From: Camelus dromedarius
Taxonomy: Eukaryota
Direction of reading: 5' to 3'
Assembly (NCBI RefSeq): GCF_036321535.1
Contig: NC_087437.1
Location: 1,550,001 to 1,614,000 of the forward strand
Length of the DNA: 64,000 bases
Part shown: in pieces, positions 49,501 through 63,500 of the stretch
Position numbering within the stretch: position 1 is the first letter of the stretch
Layout: every line of letters starts with the position of its first letter
Notes under the pieces: generated by a model
Database searches by the model: none
Told to the model about the DNA's origin: nothing
The model's input: only the letters and a program-made list of their open reading frames with translations
Made by a program: the position numbers and the translations under genes

Positions 49501-52500
49501 TTCTCCAGAGTGGAGGGGCTCCTGCTTCATGCTCCGAATTCAGGAGCTTCTGAGCGGATGAAACAATGGACACTGAGACCCTCGATTGGAAGTTGCTTTA
49601 GAATGACGCCAAAGTTGTGTGTGACGTGTGTGTGCGTACGCGCTCGCGTACACCTGGGGACGTGTGAGGTACGTGACAGTGACTTTGCGTGTGTGTGCGC
49701 GCCTGAGGACGTGGGTGGTTGTGTGTTATGTTATGGGTGTGTGTGTGGCACATGACTCCGAGTGTGTGCGTGGGGATGTATGTGGAGCAGAGCCAGTGTG
49801 TTTGCACGTGTGTTTGGGTGTAGGTGCATGCAGTAGTTTTAAGAAAAGCAGAAGCTGTCCCTTAGGAGTCTGAAGTAGTAAAACTTGTATGGTGTCCCTC
49901 ACTGTATAATTCAAAATGAAAATAATCTTCAATCACCAGAAATGTACTCCCCCCCCACCCCGATTCTCATTTTTTCCCCGATATGGATTCTGTCTTCATT
50001 TTACTGATGGGGAAACTAGCTTAGAGTTGTTAAGTGACTCAGTCAAGGGCATGGAGCTCGCGAGCCCAGGGCCAGGATGCAGTCCAAGCGGCCCGGCTCC
50101 AGAGGCCCTGAAACCTGCTCACGACCGCGCGAGGCCTCTTGGCCGGGGGAACAGATTCTGATGGGCAGGGGCCAGCGTGCCGGCTGCCCAAGCCACGGAC
50201 TCTGCAAGTCGGGTGGAGAGTACCAGACAGCAGACGAGGGTAAAGGGCTGCTCAGAAATCAGTTAGCTTCCTAGATCTTCGATGAGTAAGGAGGCTCACT
50301 GCTCACCCTCGATCCATTTGCTGGTGGCTAAAAGGGACCAAGGCCCACGAGAGCGCTTCTGGGAGCTGCTGCCTGCCGAAACCTGGAACAGGACTGCTCA
50401 GGACTGGCTCTGCAGCAGGAGCGAAGGGAGGCAATGTCGCCACCTGGTGGACATCCTGGGTAGTGGCGGTAGGAGGCCTAGCACCCTTGGTATGGAGGTG
50501 GCAAGACGAGGTCCTACGAGATGATCTTTTCCACGGGTCTTAAAAATCATTGCTTGATATATTTTATCCGCTTTGGGGTTTACTGTAGGATGGTAAATAT
50601 GGTCTCCGTTACTCCTTCTTAGCTGGATTGATGAATTGTTTTTGAGGTTAATTTTCTCTTCAGTGATTTGGAAGCTATATTGCCTTTTAAGGAAAATTCT
50701 CTCTAAATGTTTATAAATCATCTCGAAGTTCATAACTCTATATTTAATTCGACCAGTATTGCTACAAGAGCCTCAAAAACGAAATCATCTATTAGATCTT
50801 GTTTCTCAATCATGATACATTTAGCATATTTTACCTCTCTGCTCTTCCCAATGGTGCATGTGTGTGAGCGCGTGATCTACACTTACTGCTTTTTAGACAG
50901 TTGCTTTAAGTTTGTTACATTCACAATGAAAATATAGGTATAAATAACTTGGATTTCATTACTCACTACCACTACTTAATCCCATGTCTTTCCCATTTTT
51001 GAGTTATTTACTTCTTTCCCAATCAAATGGAGACATGATTGGCTAATTGTTTTTGAGCGGTGGACTTGGAACCCTTCCCTGTCTATAAGCAGCTTTAGTT
51101 TCTTGCCATAACTCGGCTTCATTGAGAAGCATGTTTTTACCGTTTCTCAGACGGGCTTCCGCTTTGAAGCACTAAACCGTCTCTGTACTCTTTCTCTCCA
51201 TGCTTATTCCTGAAAAAGTGAGCTCTCTACCGGAATAAAGATGCTTCCCGTCAGAGATGTTTGGCTCCCTGTCCCAAGGTCCAGAAGAAGAGAAAAGGAA
51301 AGATTCCTGGCTCCGATGCTTCTGTTCTGTCAGCGGAGAGATCTAGTAATCCGTGTGGCTGCGGTGGAACCTGCAACAACTTGCCTCATAGTTTCGTTTT
51401 TCTGGCTTAATAGGGGAGCCGCAGTAACTGAGGTCACGGCTCTCTGGCCCTTTTCGGGATCCCGGTGCTGAGGCAGCCCCTTCCCCCCACCCCCACTCCT
51501 TGTCATTTGGATCGTGCAAACTGGGTGCCAGCCGTGCGAACCCTGCACATGGCGGCCAGGATTGCCCCCCCACGCGACGTGTCCCCAGTTCCTCGGCATC
51601 CCTCACTGCTACCAGCTAGCTCCAGGAAGGGTGCGAGCTGGCTTCCACTGCCGTCCTTCCTCCTTCCTGTCCAGGCGGGCCCTCCTTTAGCGCTAGTCGG
51701 CCCGAAACCTTCTCTCCTGCGCTGCATACGCTGAAGAATTGCCTCAACGTTTCCAGCCGCTAGAGGGCGCTCTTCTCCTCTTTTTGGTCCCCTTCAGCGC
51801 TGACAGTGGAAATTGAGCAGGTGGGAAGGGCTTGGGGGTTCTCCGTATCTAGGGGTTCCCGATCCATCAGATTCAAATAAATGCGGGTTGAAAATATTCG
51901 GGAAAAAACAGAAAGTTTCAAAAAGCAACACTTGAATTTGCCACATACACGCAACTGCTTGAATAGCATTGATGTTGCCTTACATACCACGCGTCACCTA
52001 GAGATGATTTAAAGTGCACAGGAGGACACAGCGAAAGAGAATGTGAAAATGAATGTATGCGTATGTTCGTGTATTACTGAAAAATTGTGCTCTACACTGG
52101 AATCTGACACAACATTGTCAAATGACAATAACTCGGGGGAAAAAAATGTTTGTATGTAAAAAGTAAAGTACACGGGAGGGTGCGTGTAATTGTCTGTAAG
52201 CCCTATGTCATTTTATGCAAGAGGCATCAGCATCCATGAATGTTGGCATGTGTGGGGAGTCCTGGGACCAGTGCCCCATGGTTACCAAGGGATGACTGGA
52301 AGCCCAGGCTCCTCGTCCCAGCCTGTCATGTCCCCACGTGGTCTGAACCCTGCCTGTGCCACACTCCCCTGGTCACCCTCCTCCAGCCCTGCCAGACTGC
52401 CCTCTACTTCTGGAACAGTCCAAGCTCACTGCACTTCATGCCTGACCTCTAGTAATACCCGTTACTTTCTGAGCATGGCTCTGCTTCAGAAAGGCGGCCT

Positions 52501-55500
52501 GCATTGCCACTAGAGAACACAGGATGGGAGTTCTTTAAAAAACTAACATTGGACTTACCGTATGATCCAGCCTTCCCACGCCTGGGGATATGTGAGGAGA
52601 AATCTCTAATTCAAAAAGTCACATGCACCTCAATGCTCACAGCAGCCCTATTTATAACAGCCGGGACGTGGAAAGAAGCCAAACAAACGTCCATCGGCTG
52701 GCGAGTGGACAAAGGTGCAGTGTCCTATTTATGCCATGGAATACTACTCTGCCATGAAAAAGGATAAACCAGTGACATATGCGGCCACATGTACGGACAC
52801 AGAGATACTCATTCTGTGTGAAGGAAGCCAGAAGAGAGAAAAATGCCGTATGATGCCACTTCCATGCGGAATCTAAACAAAAGTCAGAGACGAAGTTAAC
52901 GACAAAAGAGGAACAGACCCACAGACATAGAGAAACAAACTCACGGTTACCAGGGCGGGAAGGGGGTGGAAAGGGGAAAATATGGGCATTGGAGAATTGC
53001 CCCTCTTGGGGAGTGATGGAAATGGTAGCTATCTTGATGGTGGTGATGGTTTTCTGGGTGCAGACGTCTATGAAAATTCATCAAATACTACATGTGAGAT
53101 GTGTCTAATTGACGGAACAGAAATCGTACCAAAATAAAGGTGTTTTAAACAAAGAGAGATGGGCTGCATTGTGTCCTATGTTTCTATGTGTCTTCAGGGA
53201 GGCCTCAACAGGGCGGTGCTGGCCTTCCTGCCAACACGATGGCAAGAAGCCCGAACGATCCATCGATGGGAAGAAGATAAGAGCTGTGGTCACATCTGGA
53301 CCCCAAGCTTAGACATGGTGCGTGGGTGACATTTATCGACAATCCGGCGAGTTTCCGGCCAGAGCTATAGGCCGGGGCAGCAAAGCGGGAGCGTCACTAA
53401 GGAGCATGGTGGCGCAGAGGCTGGACTGGGGGACCGCAGGCTCCTCCCGGGAGGAGCCTCAGAGTTTGGGAGGTGGCTAACGTGCCTGCTTCGTGTCACC
53501 AGCGAGTGATGCCACCTGTGGGCAATCAGCTGGAATCCTGAGCCGGGTCAGCCCTGGGTGATGCGCTAAGGGCTCCTAGCATAGGGGGCGACAGACGGAC
53601 AGTGAACCAAGCAACAGGCTGCTGAGTTTGGGGCCTGTGTTTCTCGTGCTTTCCGTGTCTCACTGCACCTCAGTTTCGCCCGGAGGAATTGCGGCGGTGT
53701 TTCGAGGCTGATGGCCTCTCGGTTCCTCATCAGCCTGGCAAGCCCCCAGCTTTCTCCGGCCAGACCTTGGCAAGCGCCTTCCCTTGTTCTAACAAAAGCC
53801 TTCCCACCCTCGCCTGCGGGGAGCTTTTGTTTTCTTAATTGATGGGAATGACGATACCTTCCAGCCTCCTCAGGCCTTTCCTTAGTGCTTCTGCCCTTAG
53901 ACCCCGGCAAGGGGGCCCTCCCCAACCCCGCTGCCCTGGGTCCTGAACTACAGAGGGTCCCTCTGGCCCTGACACGCCCTCTGGCCACGCCCTCCACGGG
54001 ATGGATTCAGCAGGGCCAAGGGGACACGCCAAATGACTCCACCCCGTGCTCTGGAAACCCAGGATCACGAATGCCCTGCCCCAGCAGCCCCTGACCCACT
54101 TCTAGTGTCTGCACCGGCTCTCGCCAGAGCTCAGCTTCCCAGGACTCACACAGAGGCCAACGGTCAGCTGTTGGCATGGAGGGTATGGACAGAGCCCGGA
54201 TGTGAGGACTGAGTGTCCCCCTGTGCACCTAAGAGGCCACTTGGGGCATGGGATGGACCCAGCATTGGGAAGAAAACGGTCAGGCTATTGGTCAGACACT
54301 GGGAATCGGCTCTCCCTACACTGTCACTTTCTGTGCGGGACTCCCTTGAGTCTGGGAATTCTAAAGTTGAGCCTGGCCTTCCCTCTTAGAATGAATGTGT
54401 CATTGTAAAGTCAGGAGTTTAGAACCTACCGCGCTTAAAATGTTGACAAATATACGATGGGAACTACCAGATAAGCTCTGGCCCTGCACTTGCAAAGGAC
54501 CAGAGCAGTTCTTTTGGCTCTGCTGAGACTGCAAGGGGCAAGACCTTCTCCAGAGTGGATGGGCTCCTGCTTCATGCTCCGAATTCAGGAGCTTCTGAGC
54601 GGATGAAACAATGGACACTGAGACCCTCGATTGGAAGTTGCTTTAGAATGACGCCAAAGTTGTGTGTGACGTGTGTGTGCGTACGCGCTCGCGTACACCT
54701 GGGGACGTGTGAGGTACGTGACAGTGACTTTGCGTGTGTGTGCGCGCCTGAGGACGTGGGTGGTTGTGTGTTATGTTATGGGTGTGTGTGTGGCACATGA
54801 CTCCGAGTGTGTGCGTGGGGATGTATGTGGAGCAGAGCCAGTGTGTCTGCACGTGTGTTTGGGTGTAGGTGCATGCAGTAGTTTTAAGAAAAGCAGAAGC
54901 TGTCCCTTAGGAGTCTGAAGTAGTAAAACTTGTATGGTGTCCCTCACTGTATAATTCAAAATGAGAATAATTTTCAATCACCAGAAATGTACTCCCCCCC
55001 ACCCCGATTCTCATTTTTTCCCCGATATGGATTCTGTCTTCATTTTACTGATGGGGAAACTAGCTTAGAGTTGTTAAGTGACTCAGTCAAGGGCATGGAG
55101 CTCGCGAGCCCAGGGCCAGGATGCAGTCCAAGCGGCCCGGCTCCAGAGGCCTGGAAACCTGCTCACGACCGCGCGTGGCCTCTTGGCCGGGGGAACAGAT
55201 TCTGATGGGCAAGGGCCAGCGTGCCGGCTGCCCAAGCCACGGACTCTGCAAGTCGGGTGGAGAGTACCAGACAGCAGACGAGGGTAAAGGGCTGCTCAGA
55301 AATCAGTTAGCTTCCTAGATCTTCGATGAGTAAGGAGGCTCACTGCTCACCCTCGATCCCTTTGCTGGTGGCTAAAAGGGACCAAGGCCCACGAGAGCGC
55401 TTCTGGGAGCTGCTGCCTGCCGAAACCTGGAACAGGACTGCTCAGGACTGGCTCTGCAGCAGGAGCGAAGGGAGGCAATGTCGCCACCTGGTGGACATCC

Positions 55501-58500
55501 TGGGTAGTGGCGGTAGGAGGCCTAGCACCCTTGGTATGGAGGTGGCAAGACGAGGTCCTACGAGATGATCTTTTCCACGGGTCTTAAAAATCATTGCTTG
55601 ATATATTTTATCCTCTTTGGGGTTTACTGTAGGATGGTAAATATGGTCTCCGTTACTCCTTCTTAGCTGGATTGATGAATTGTATTTGAGGTTAATTTTC
55701 TCTTCAGTGATTTGGAAGCTATATTGCCTTTTAAGGAAAATTCTCTCTAAATGTTTATAAATCATCTCGAAGTTCATAACTCTATATTTAATTCGACCAG
55801 TATTGCTACAAGAGCCTCAAAAACGAAATCATCTATTAGATCTTGTTTCTCAATCATGATACATTTAGCATATTTTACCTCTCTGCTCTTCCCAATGGTG
55901 CATGTGTGTGAGCGCGTGATCTACACTTACTGCTTTTTAGACAGTTGCTTTAAGTTTGCTACATTCAAAATGAAAATATAGGGATAAATAACTTGGATTT
56001 CATTACTCACTACCACTAATTAATCCCATGTCTTTCCCATTTTTGAGTTATTTACTTCTTTCCCAATCAAATGGAGACATGATTGGCTAATTTTTTTTGA
56101 GCGGTGGACTTGGAACCCTTCCCTGTCTATAAGCAGCTTTAGGTTCTTGCCATAACTCGGCTTCATTGAGAAGCATGTTTTTACCGTTTCTCAGACGGGC
56201 TTCCGCTTTGAAGCACTAAACCGTCTCTGTACTCTTTCTCTCCATGCTTATTCCTGAAAACGTGAGCTCTCTACCGGAATAAAGATTCTTCCCGTCAGAG
56301 ATGTTTGGCTCCCTGTCCCAAGGTCCAGAAGAAGAGAAAAGGAAAGATTCCTGGCTGCGATACTTCTATTCTGTCAGCTGACAGATCTAGTTATCCGTGT
56401 GGCTGCGGTGGAACCTGCAACAATTTGCCTCATAGTTTCCTTTTTCTGGCTTACTAGGGGAGCCGCAGTAACAGAGGTCACGGCGCTCTGGCCCTTTTCG
56501 GGATCCCGGTGCTGAGGCAGCCCCTTCCCCCCACCCCCACTCCTTGTCATTTGGATCGTGCAAACTGGGTGCCAGCCGTGCGAACCCTGCACCTGGCGGC
56601 CAGGATTGCCCCCCCAAGCGACGTGTCCCCAGTTCCTCGGCATCCCTCACTGCTACCAGCTATCTCCAGGAAGGGTGCGAGCTGGCTTCCACTGCCGTCC
56701 TTCCTCCTTCCTGTCCAGGCGGGCCCTCCTTTTGCGCTAGTCGGCCCGAAACCTTCTCTCCTGCGCTGCATACGCTGAAGAACTGCCTCAACGTTTCCAG
56801 CCGCTAGAGGGCGCTCTTCTCCTCTTTTTGGTCCCCTTCAACGCTGACAGTGGAAATTGAGCAGGTGGGAAGAGCTTGGGGGTTCTCCGTATCTAGGGAC
56901 TCCCGATCCATCAGATTCAACTAAATGCGGGTTGAAAATATTCGGGAAAAAACAGAAAGTTTCAAAAAGCAACACTTGAATTTGCCACACACACGCAACT
57001 GCTTGCATAGCATTGATGTTGCCTTACATACCACGCGTCACCTAGAGATGATTTAAAGTGCACAGGAGGACACAGCGAAAGAGAATGTGAAAATGAATGT
57101 ATGCGTATGTTCGTGTATTACTGAAAAATTGTGCTCTACACTGGAATCTGACACAACATTGTCAAATGACAATAACTCGGTGGAAAAAATGTTTGTATGT
57201 AAAAAGTAAAGTACACGGGATGGTGTGTGTAATTGTCTGTAAGCCCTATGTCATTTTATGCAAGAGGCATCAGCATCCATGAATGTTGGCATGTGTGGGG
57301 AGTCCTGGGACCAGTGCCCCATGGTTACCAAGGGATGACTGGAAGCCCAGGCTCCTCGTCCCAGCCTGTCATGTCCCCACGTGGTCTGAACCCTGCCTGT
57401 GCCACACTCCCCTGGTCACCCTCCTCCAACCCTGCCAGACTGCCCTCTTCTTCTGGAACAGTCCAAGCTCACTGCACTTCATGCCTGACCTCTAGTAATA
57501 CCCGTTACTTTCTGAGCATGGCTCTGCTTCAGAAAGGCGGCCTGCATTGCCACTAGAGAAGACAGGATGGGAGTTCCTTAAAAAACTAACATTGGACTTA
57601 CCGTATGATCCAGCCTTCCCACGCCTGGGGATATGTGAAGAGAAATCTCTAATTCAAAAAGTCACATGCACCTCAATGCTCACAGCAGCCCTATTTATAA
57701 CAGCCGGGACGTGGAAAGAAGCCAAACAAACGTCCATCGGCTGGCGAGTGGACAAAGGTGCAGTGTCCTATATATGCCATGGAATAATACTCAGCAATGA
57801 AAAAGGATAAACCAGTGACATTTGCGGCCACATGTACGGACACAGAGATAGTCATTCTGTGTGAAGGAAGCCAGAAGAGAGAAAAATGCCGTATGATGCC
57901 ACTTCCATGCGGAATCTAAACAAAAGTCAGAGATGAAGTTAACGACAAAAGAGGAACAGACCCACAGACATAGAGAAACAAACTTACGGTTACCAGGGCG
58001 GGAAGGGGGTGGAAAGGGGAAAATATGGGCATTGGAGAATTGCCCCTCTTGGGGAGTGATGGAAATGGTAGCTATCTTGATGGTGGTGATGGTTTTCTGG
58101 GTGCAGACGTCTATGAAAATTCATCAAATACTACATGTGAGATATGTCTAATACACGGAACAGAAATCGTACCACAATAAAGGTGTTTTAAACAAAGAGA
58201 GATGGGCTGCATTGTGTCCTATGTTTCTATGTGTCTTCAGGGAGGCCTCAACAGGGCGGTGCTGGCCTTCCTGCCAACACGATGGCAAGAAGCCCGAACG
58301 ATCCATCGATGGGAAGAAGATAAGAGCTGTGGTCACATCTGGACCCCAAGCTTAGACATGGTGCGTGGGTGACATTTATCGACAATCCGGCGAGGTTCCG
58401 GCCAGAGCTATAGGCCGGGGCAGCAAAGCAGGAGCGGCAATAAGGAGCATGGTGGCGCAGAGGCTGGACTGGGGGCCCGCAGGCTCCTCCCGGGAGGAGC

Positions 58501-60504
58501 CTCAGAGTTTGGGAGGTGGCTAACGTGCCTGCTTCGTGTCACCAGCGAGTGATGCCACCTGTGGGCAATCAGCTGGAATCCTGAGCCGGGTCAGCCCTGG
58601 GTGATGCGCTAAGGGCTCCTAGCATAGGGGGCGACAGACGGACAGTGAACCAAGCAACAGGCTGCTGAGTTTGGGGCCTGTGTTTCTCGTGCTTTCCGTG
58701 TCTCACTGCACCTCAGTGTCGCCCGGAGGAATTGCGGCGGTGTTTCGAGGCTGATGGCCTCTCGGTTCCTCATCAGCCTGGCAAGCCCCCAGCTTTCTCC
58801 GGCCAGACCTTGGCAAGCGCCTTCCCTTGTTCTAACAAAAGCCTTCCCACCCTCGCCTGCGGGGAGCTTTTGTTTTCTTAATTGATGGGAATGACGATAC
58901 CTTCCAGCCTCCTCAGGCCTTTCCTTAGTGTTTCTGTCCTTAGACCCTGGCAAGGGGGCCCTCCCCAACCCCGCTGCCCTGGGTCCTGAACTACAGAGGG
59001 TCCCTCTGGCCCTGACACGCCCTCTGGCCACGCCCTCCACGGGATGGATTCAGCAGGGCCAAGGGGACACGCCAAATGGCTCCACCCCGTGCTCTGGAAA
59101 CCCAGGATCACGAATGCCCTGCCCCAGCAGCCCCTGACCCACTTCTAGTGTCTGCACCGGCTCTCGCCAGAGCTCAGCTTCCCAGGACTCACACAGAGGC
59201 CAACGGTCAGCTGTTGGCATGGAGGGTATGGACAGAGCCCGGATGTGAGGACTGAGTGTCCCCCTGTGCACCTAAGAGGCCACTTGGGGCATGGGATGGA
59301 CCCAGCATTGGGAAGAAAACGGTCAGGCTATTGGTCAGACACTGGGAATCGGCTCTCCCTACACTGTCACTTTCTGTGCGGGACTCCCTTGAGTCTGGGA
59401 ATTCTAAAGTTGAGCCTGGCCTTCCCTCTTAGAATGAATGTGTCATTGTAAAGTCAGGAGTTTAGAACCTACCGCGCTTAAAATGTTGACAAATATACGA
59501 TGGGAACTACCAGATAAGCTCTGGCCCTGCACTTGCAAAGGACCAGAGCAGTTCTTTTGGCTCTGCTGAGACTGCAAGGGGCAAAGACCTTCTCCAGAGT
59601 GGAGGGGCTCCTGCTTCATGCTCCGAATTCAGGAGCTTCTGAGCGGATGAAACAATGGACACTGAGACCCTCGATTGGAAGTTGCTTTAGAATGACGCCA
59701 AAGTTGTGTGTGACGTGTGTGTGCGTACGCGCTCGCGTACACCTGGGGACGTGTGAGGTACGTGACAGTGACTTTGCGTGTGTGTGCGCGCCTGAGGACG
59801 TGGGTGGTTGTGTGTTATGTTATGGGTGTGTGTGTGGAACATGACTCCGAGTGTGTGCGTGGGGATGTATGTGGAGCAGAGCCAGTGTGTCTGCACGTGT
59901 GTTTGGGTGTAGGTGCATGCAGTAGTTTTAAGAAAAGCAGAAGCTGTCCCTTAGGAGTCTGAAGTAGTAAAACTTGTATGGTGTCCCTCACTGTATAATT
60001 CAAAATGAAAATAATCTTCAATCACCAGAAATGTACTCCCCCCCCACCCCGATTCTCATTTTTTCCCCGATATGGATTCTGTCTTCATTTTACTGATGGG
60101 GAAACTAGCTTAGAGTTGTTAAGTGACTCAGTCAAGGGCATGGAGCTCGCGAGCCCAGGGCCAGGATGCAGTCCAAGCGGCCCGGCTCCAGAGGCCCTGA
60201 AACCTGCTCACGACCGCGCGTGGCCTCTTGGCCGGGGGAACAGATTCTGATGGGCAGGGGCCAGCGTGCCGGCTGCCCAAACCACGGACTCTGCAAGTCG
60301 GGTGGAGAGTACCAGACAGCAGACGAGGGTAAAGGGCTGCTCAGAAATCAGTTAGCTTCCTAGATCTTCGATGAGTAAGGAGGCTCACTGCTCATCCTCG
60401 ATCCCTTTGCTGGTGGCTAAAAGGGACCAAGGCCCACGAGAGCGCTTCTGGGAGCTGCTGCCTACCGAAACCTGGAACAGGACTGCTCAGGACTGGCTCT
60501 GCAG

Positions 60505-63500
60505 CAGGAGCGAAGGGAGGCAATGTCGTCACCTGGTGGACATCCTGGGTAGTGGCAGTAGGAGGCCTAGCACCCTTGGTATGGAGGTGGCAGGATGAGG
60601 TCCTACGGGATGATCGTTTCCACGGGTCTTAAAAATCATTGCTTGATATATTTTATCCGCTTTGGGGTTTACTGTAGGATGGTAAACATGGTCTCCGTTA
60701 CTCCTTCTTAGCTGGATTGATGAATTGTTTTTGAGGTTAATTTTCTCTTCAGTGATTTGGAAGCTATATTGCCTTTTAAGGAAAATTCTCTCTAAATGTT
60801 TACAAATCATCTCGAAGTTCATAACTCTATATTTAATTCGACCAGTATTGCTACAAGAGCCTCCAAAACGAAATCATCTATTAGATCTTGTTTCTCAATC
60901 ATGATACATTTAGCATATTTTACCTCTCTGCTCTTCCCAATGGTGCATGTGTGTGAGCGCGTGATCTACACTTACTGCTTTTTAGACAGTTGCTTTAAGT
61001 TTGTTACATTCACAATGAAAATATAGGTATAAATAACTTGGATTTCATTACTCACTACCACTACTTAATCCCATGTCTTTCCCATTTTTGAGTTATTTAC
61101 TTCTTTCCCAATCAAATGGAGACATGATTGGCTAATTTTTTTTGAGCGGTGGACTTGGAACCCTTCCCTGTCTATAAGCAGCTTTAGGTTCTTGCCATAA
61201 CTCGGCTTCATTGAGAAGCATGTTTTTACCGTTTCTCAGACGGGCTTCCGCTTTGAAGCACTAAACCGTCTCTGTACTCTTTCTCTCCATGCTTATTCCT
61301 GAAAAAGTGAGCTCTCTACCGGAATAAAGATGCTTCCCGTCAGAGATGTTTGGCTCCCTGTCCCAAGGTCCAGAAGAAAAGAAAAGGAAAGATTCCTGGC
61401 TCCGATGCTTCTGTTCTGTCAGCTGAGAGATCTAGTTATCCGTGTGGCTGCGGTGGAACCTGCAACAACTTGCCTCATAGTTTCCTTTTTCTGGCTTACT
61501 AGGGGAGCCACAGTAACTGAGGTCACGGCGCTCTGGCCTTTTTCGGGATCCCGGTGCTGAGGCAGCCCCTTCCCCCCACCCCCACTCCTTGTCATTTGGA
61601 TCGTGCAAACTGGGTGCCAGCCGTGCGAACCCTGCACCTGGCGGCCAGGATTGCCCCCCCACGCGACGTGTCCCCAGTTCCTCGGCATCCCTCACTGCTA
61701 CCAGCTAGCTCCAGGAAGGGTGCGAGCTGGCTTCCACTGCCGTCCTTCCTCCTTCCTGTCCAGGCGGGCCCTCCTTTTGCGCTAGTCGGCCCGAAACCTT
61801 CTCTCCTGCGCTGCATACGCTGAAGAACTGCCTCAACGTTTCCAGCCGCTAGAGGGCGCTCTTCTCCTCTTTTTGGTCCCCTTCAGCGCTGACAGTGGAA
61901 ATTGAGCAGGTGGGAAGGGCTTGGGGGTTCTCCGTATCTAGGGGCTCCCGATCCATCAGATTCAACTAAATGCGGGTTGAAAATATTCGGGAAAAAACAG
62001 AAAGTTTCAAAAAGCAACACTTGAATTTGCCACACACACGCAACTGCTTGCATAGCATTGATGTTGCCTTACATACCACGCGTCACCTAGAGATGATTTA
62101 AAGTGCACAGGAGGACACAGCGAAAGAGAATGTGAAAATGAATGTATGCGTATGTTCGTGTATAACTGAAAAATTGTGCTCTACACTGGAATCTGACACA
62201 ACATTGTCAAATGACAATAACTCGGGGGAAAAAAATGTTTGTATGTAAAAAGTAAAGTACACGGGAGGGTGCGTGTAATTGTCTGTAAGCCCTATGTCAT
62301 TTTATGCAAGAGGCATCAGCATCCATGAATGTTGGCATGTGTGGGGAGTCCTGGGACCAGTGCCCCATGGTTACCAAGGGATGACTGGAAGCCCAGGCTC
62401 CTCGTCCCAGCCTGTCATGTCCCCACGTGGTCTGAACCCTGCCTGTGCCACACTCCCCTGGTCACCCTCCTCCAGCCCTGCCAGACTGCCCTCTTCTTCT
62501 GGAACAGTCCAAGCTCACTGCACTTCATGCCTGACCTCTAGTAATACCCGTTACTTTCTGAGCATGGCTCTGCTTCAGAAAGGCGGCCTGCATTGCCACT
62601 AGAGAACACAGGATGGGAGTTCCTTAAAAAACTAACATTGGACTTACCGTATGATCCAGCCTTCCCACGCCTGGGGATATGTGAGGAGAAATCTCTAATT
62701 CAAAAAGTCACATGCACCTCAATGCTCACAGCAGCCCTATTTATAACAGCCGGGACGTGGAAAGAAGCCAAACAAACGTCCATCGGCTGGCGAGTGGACA
62801 AAGGTGCAGTGTCCTATTTATGCCATGGAATACTACTCAGCCATGAGAAAGGATAAACCAGTGACATTTGCGGCCACATGTACGGACACAGAGATAGTCA
62901 TTCTGTGTGAAGGAAGCCAGAAGAGAGAAAAATGCCGTATGATGCCACTTCCATGCGGAATCTAAACAAAAGTCAGAGACGAAGTTAACGACAAAAGAGG
63001 AACAGACCCACAGACATAGAGAAACAAACTTACGGTTACCAGGGCGGGAAGGGGGTGGAAAGGGGAAAATATGGGCATTGGAGAATTGCCCCTCTTGGGG
63101 AGTGATGGAAATGGTAGCTATCTTGATGGTGGTGATGGTTTTCTGGGTGCAGACGTCTATGAAAATTCATCAAATACTACATGTGAGATGTGTCTAATTG
63201 ACGGAACAGAAATCGTACCACAATAAAGGTGTTTTAAACAAAGAGAGATGGGCTGCATTGTGTCCTATGTTTCTATGTGTCTTCAGGGAGGCCTCAACTG
63301 GGCGGTGCTGGCCTTCCTGCCAACACGATGGCAAGAAGCCCGAACGATCCATCGATGGGAAGAAGATAAGAGCTGTGGTCACATCTGGACCCCAAGCTTA
63401 GACATGGTGCGTGGGTGACATTTATCGACAATCCGGCGAGGTTCCGGCCAGAGCTATAGGCCGGGGCAGCAAAGCGGGAGCGGCACTAAGGAGCATGGTG

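Larger units (their letters stand above)
10062..60504 (+). repeat. Macrosatellite units 3-12 (homogenised consensus-type copies, 5041-5046 bp each)
   Basis: Near-identical colinear copies; boundaries as listed in the first feature. Confidence 0.97.
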
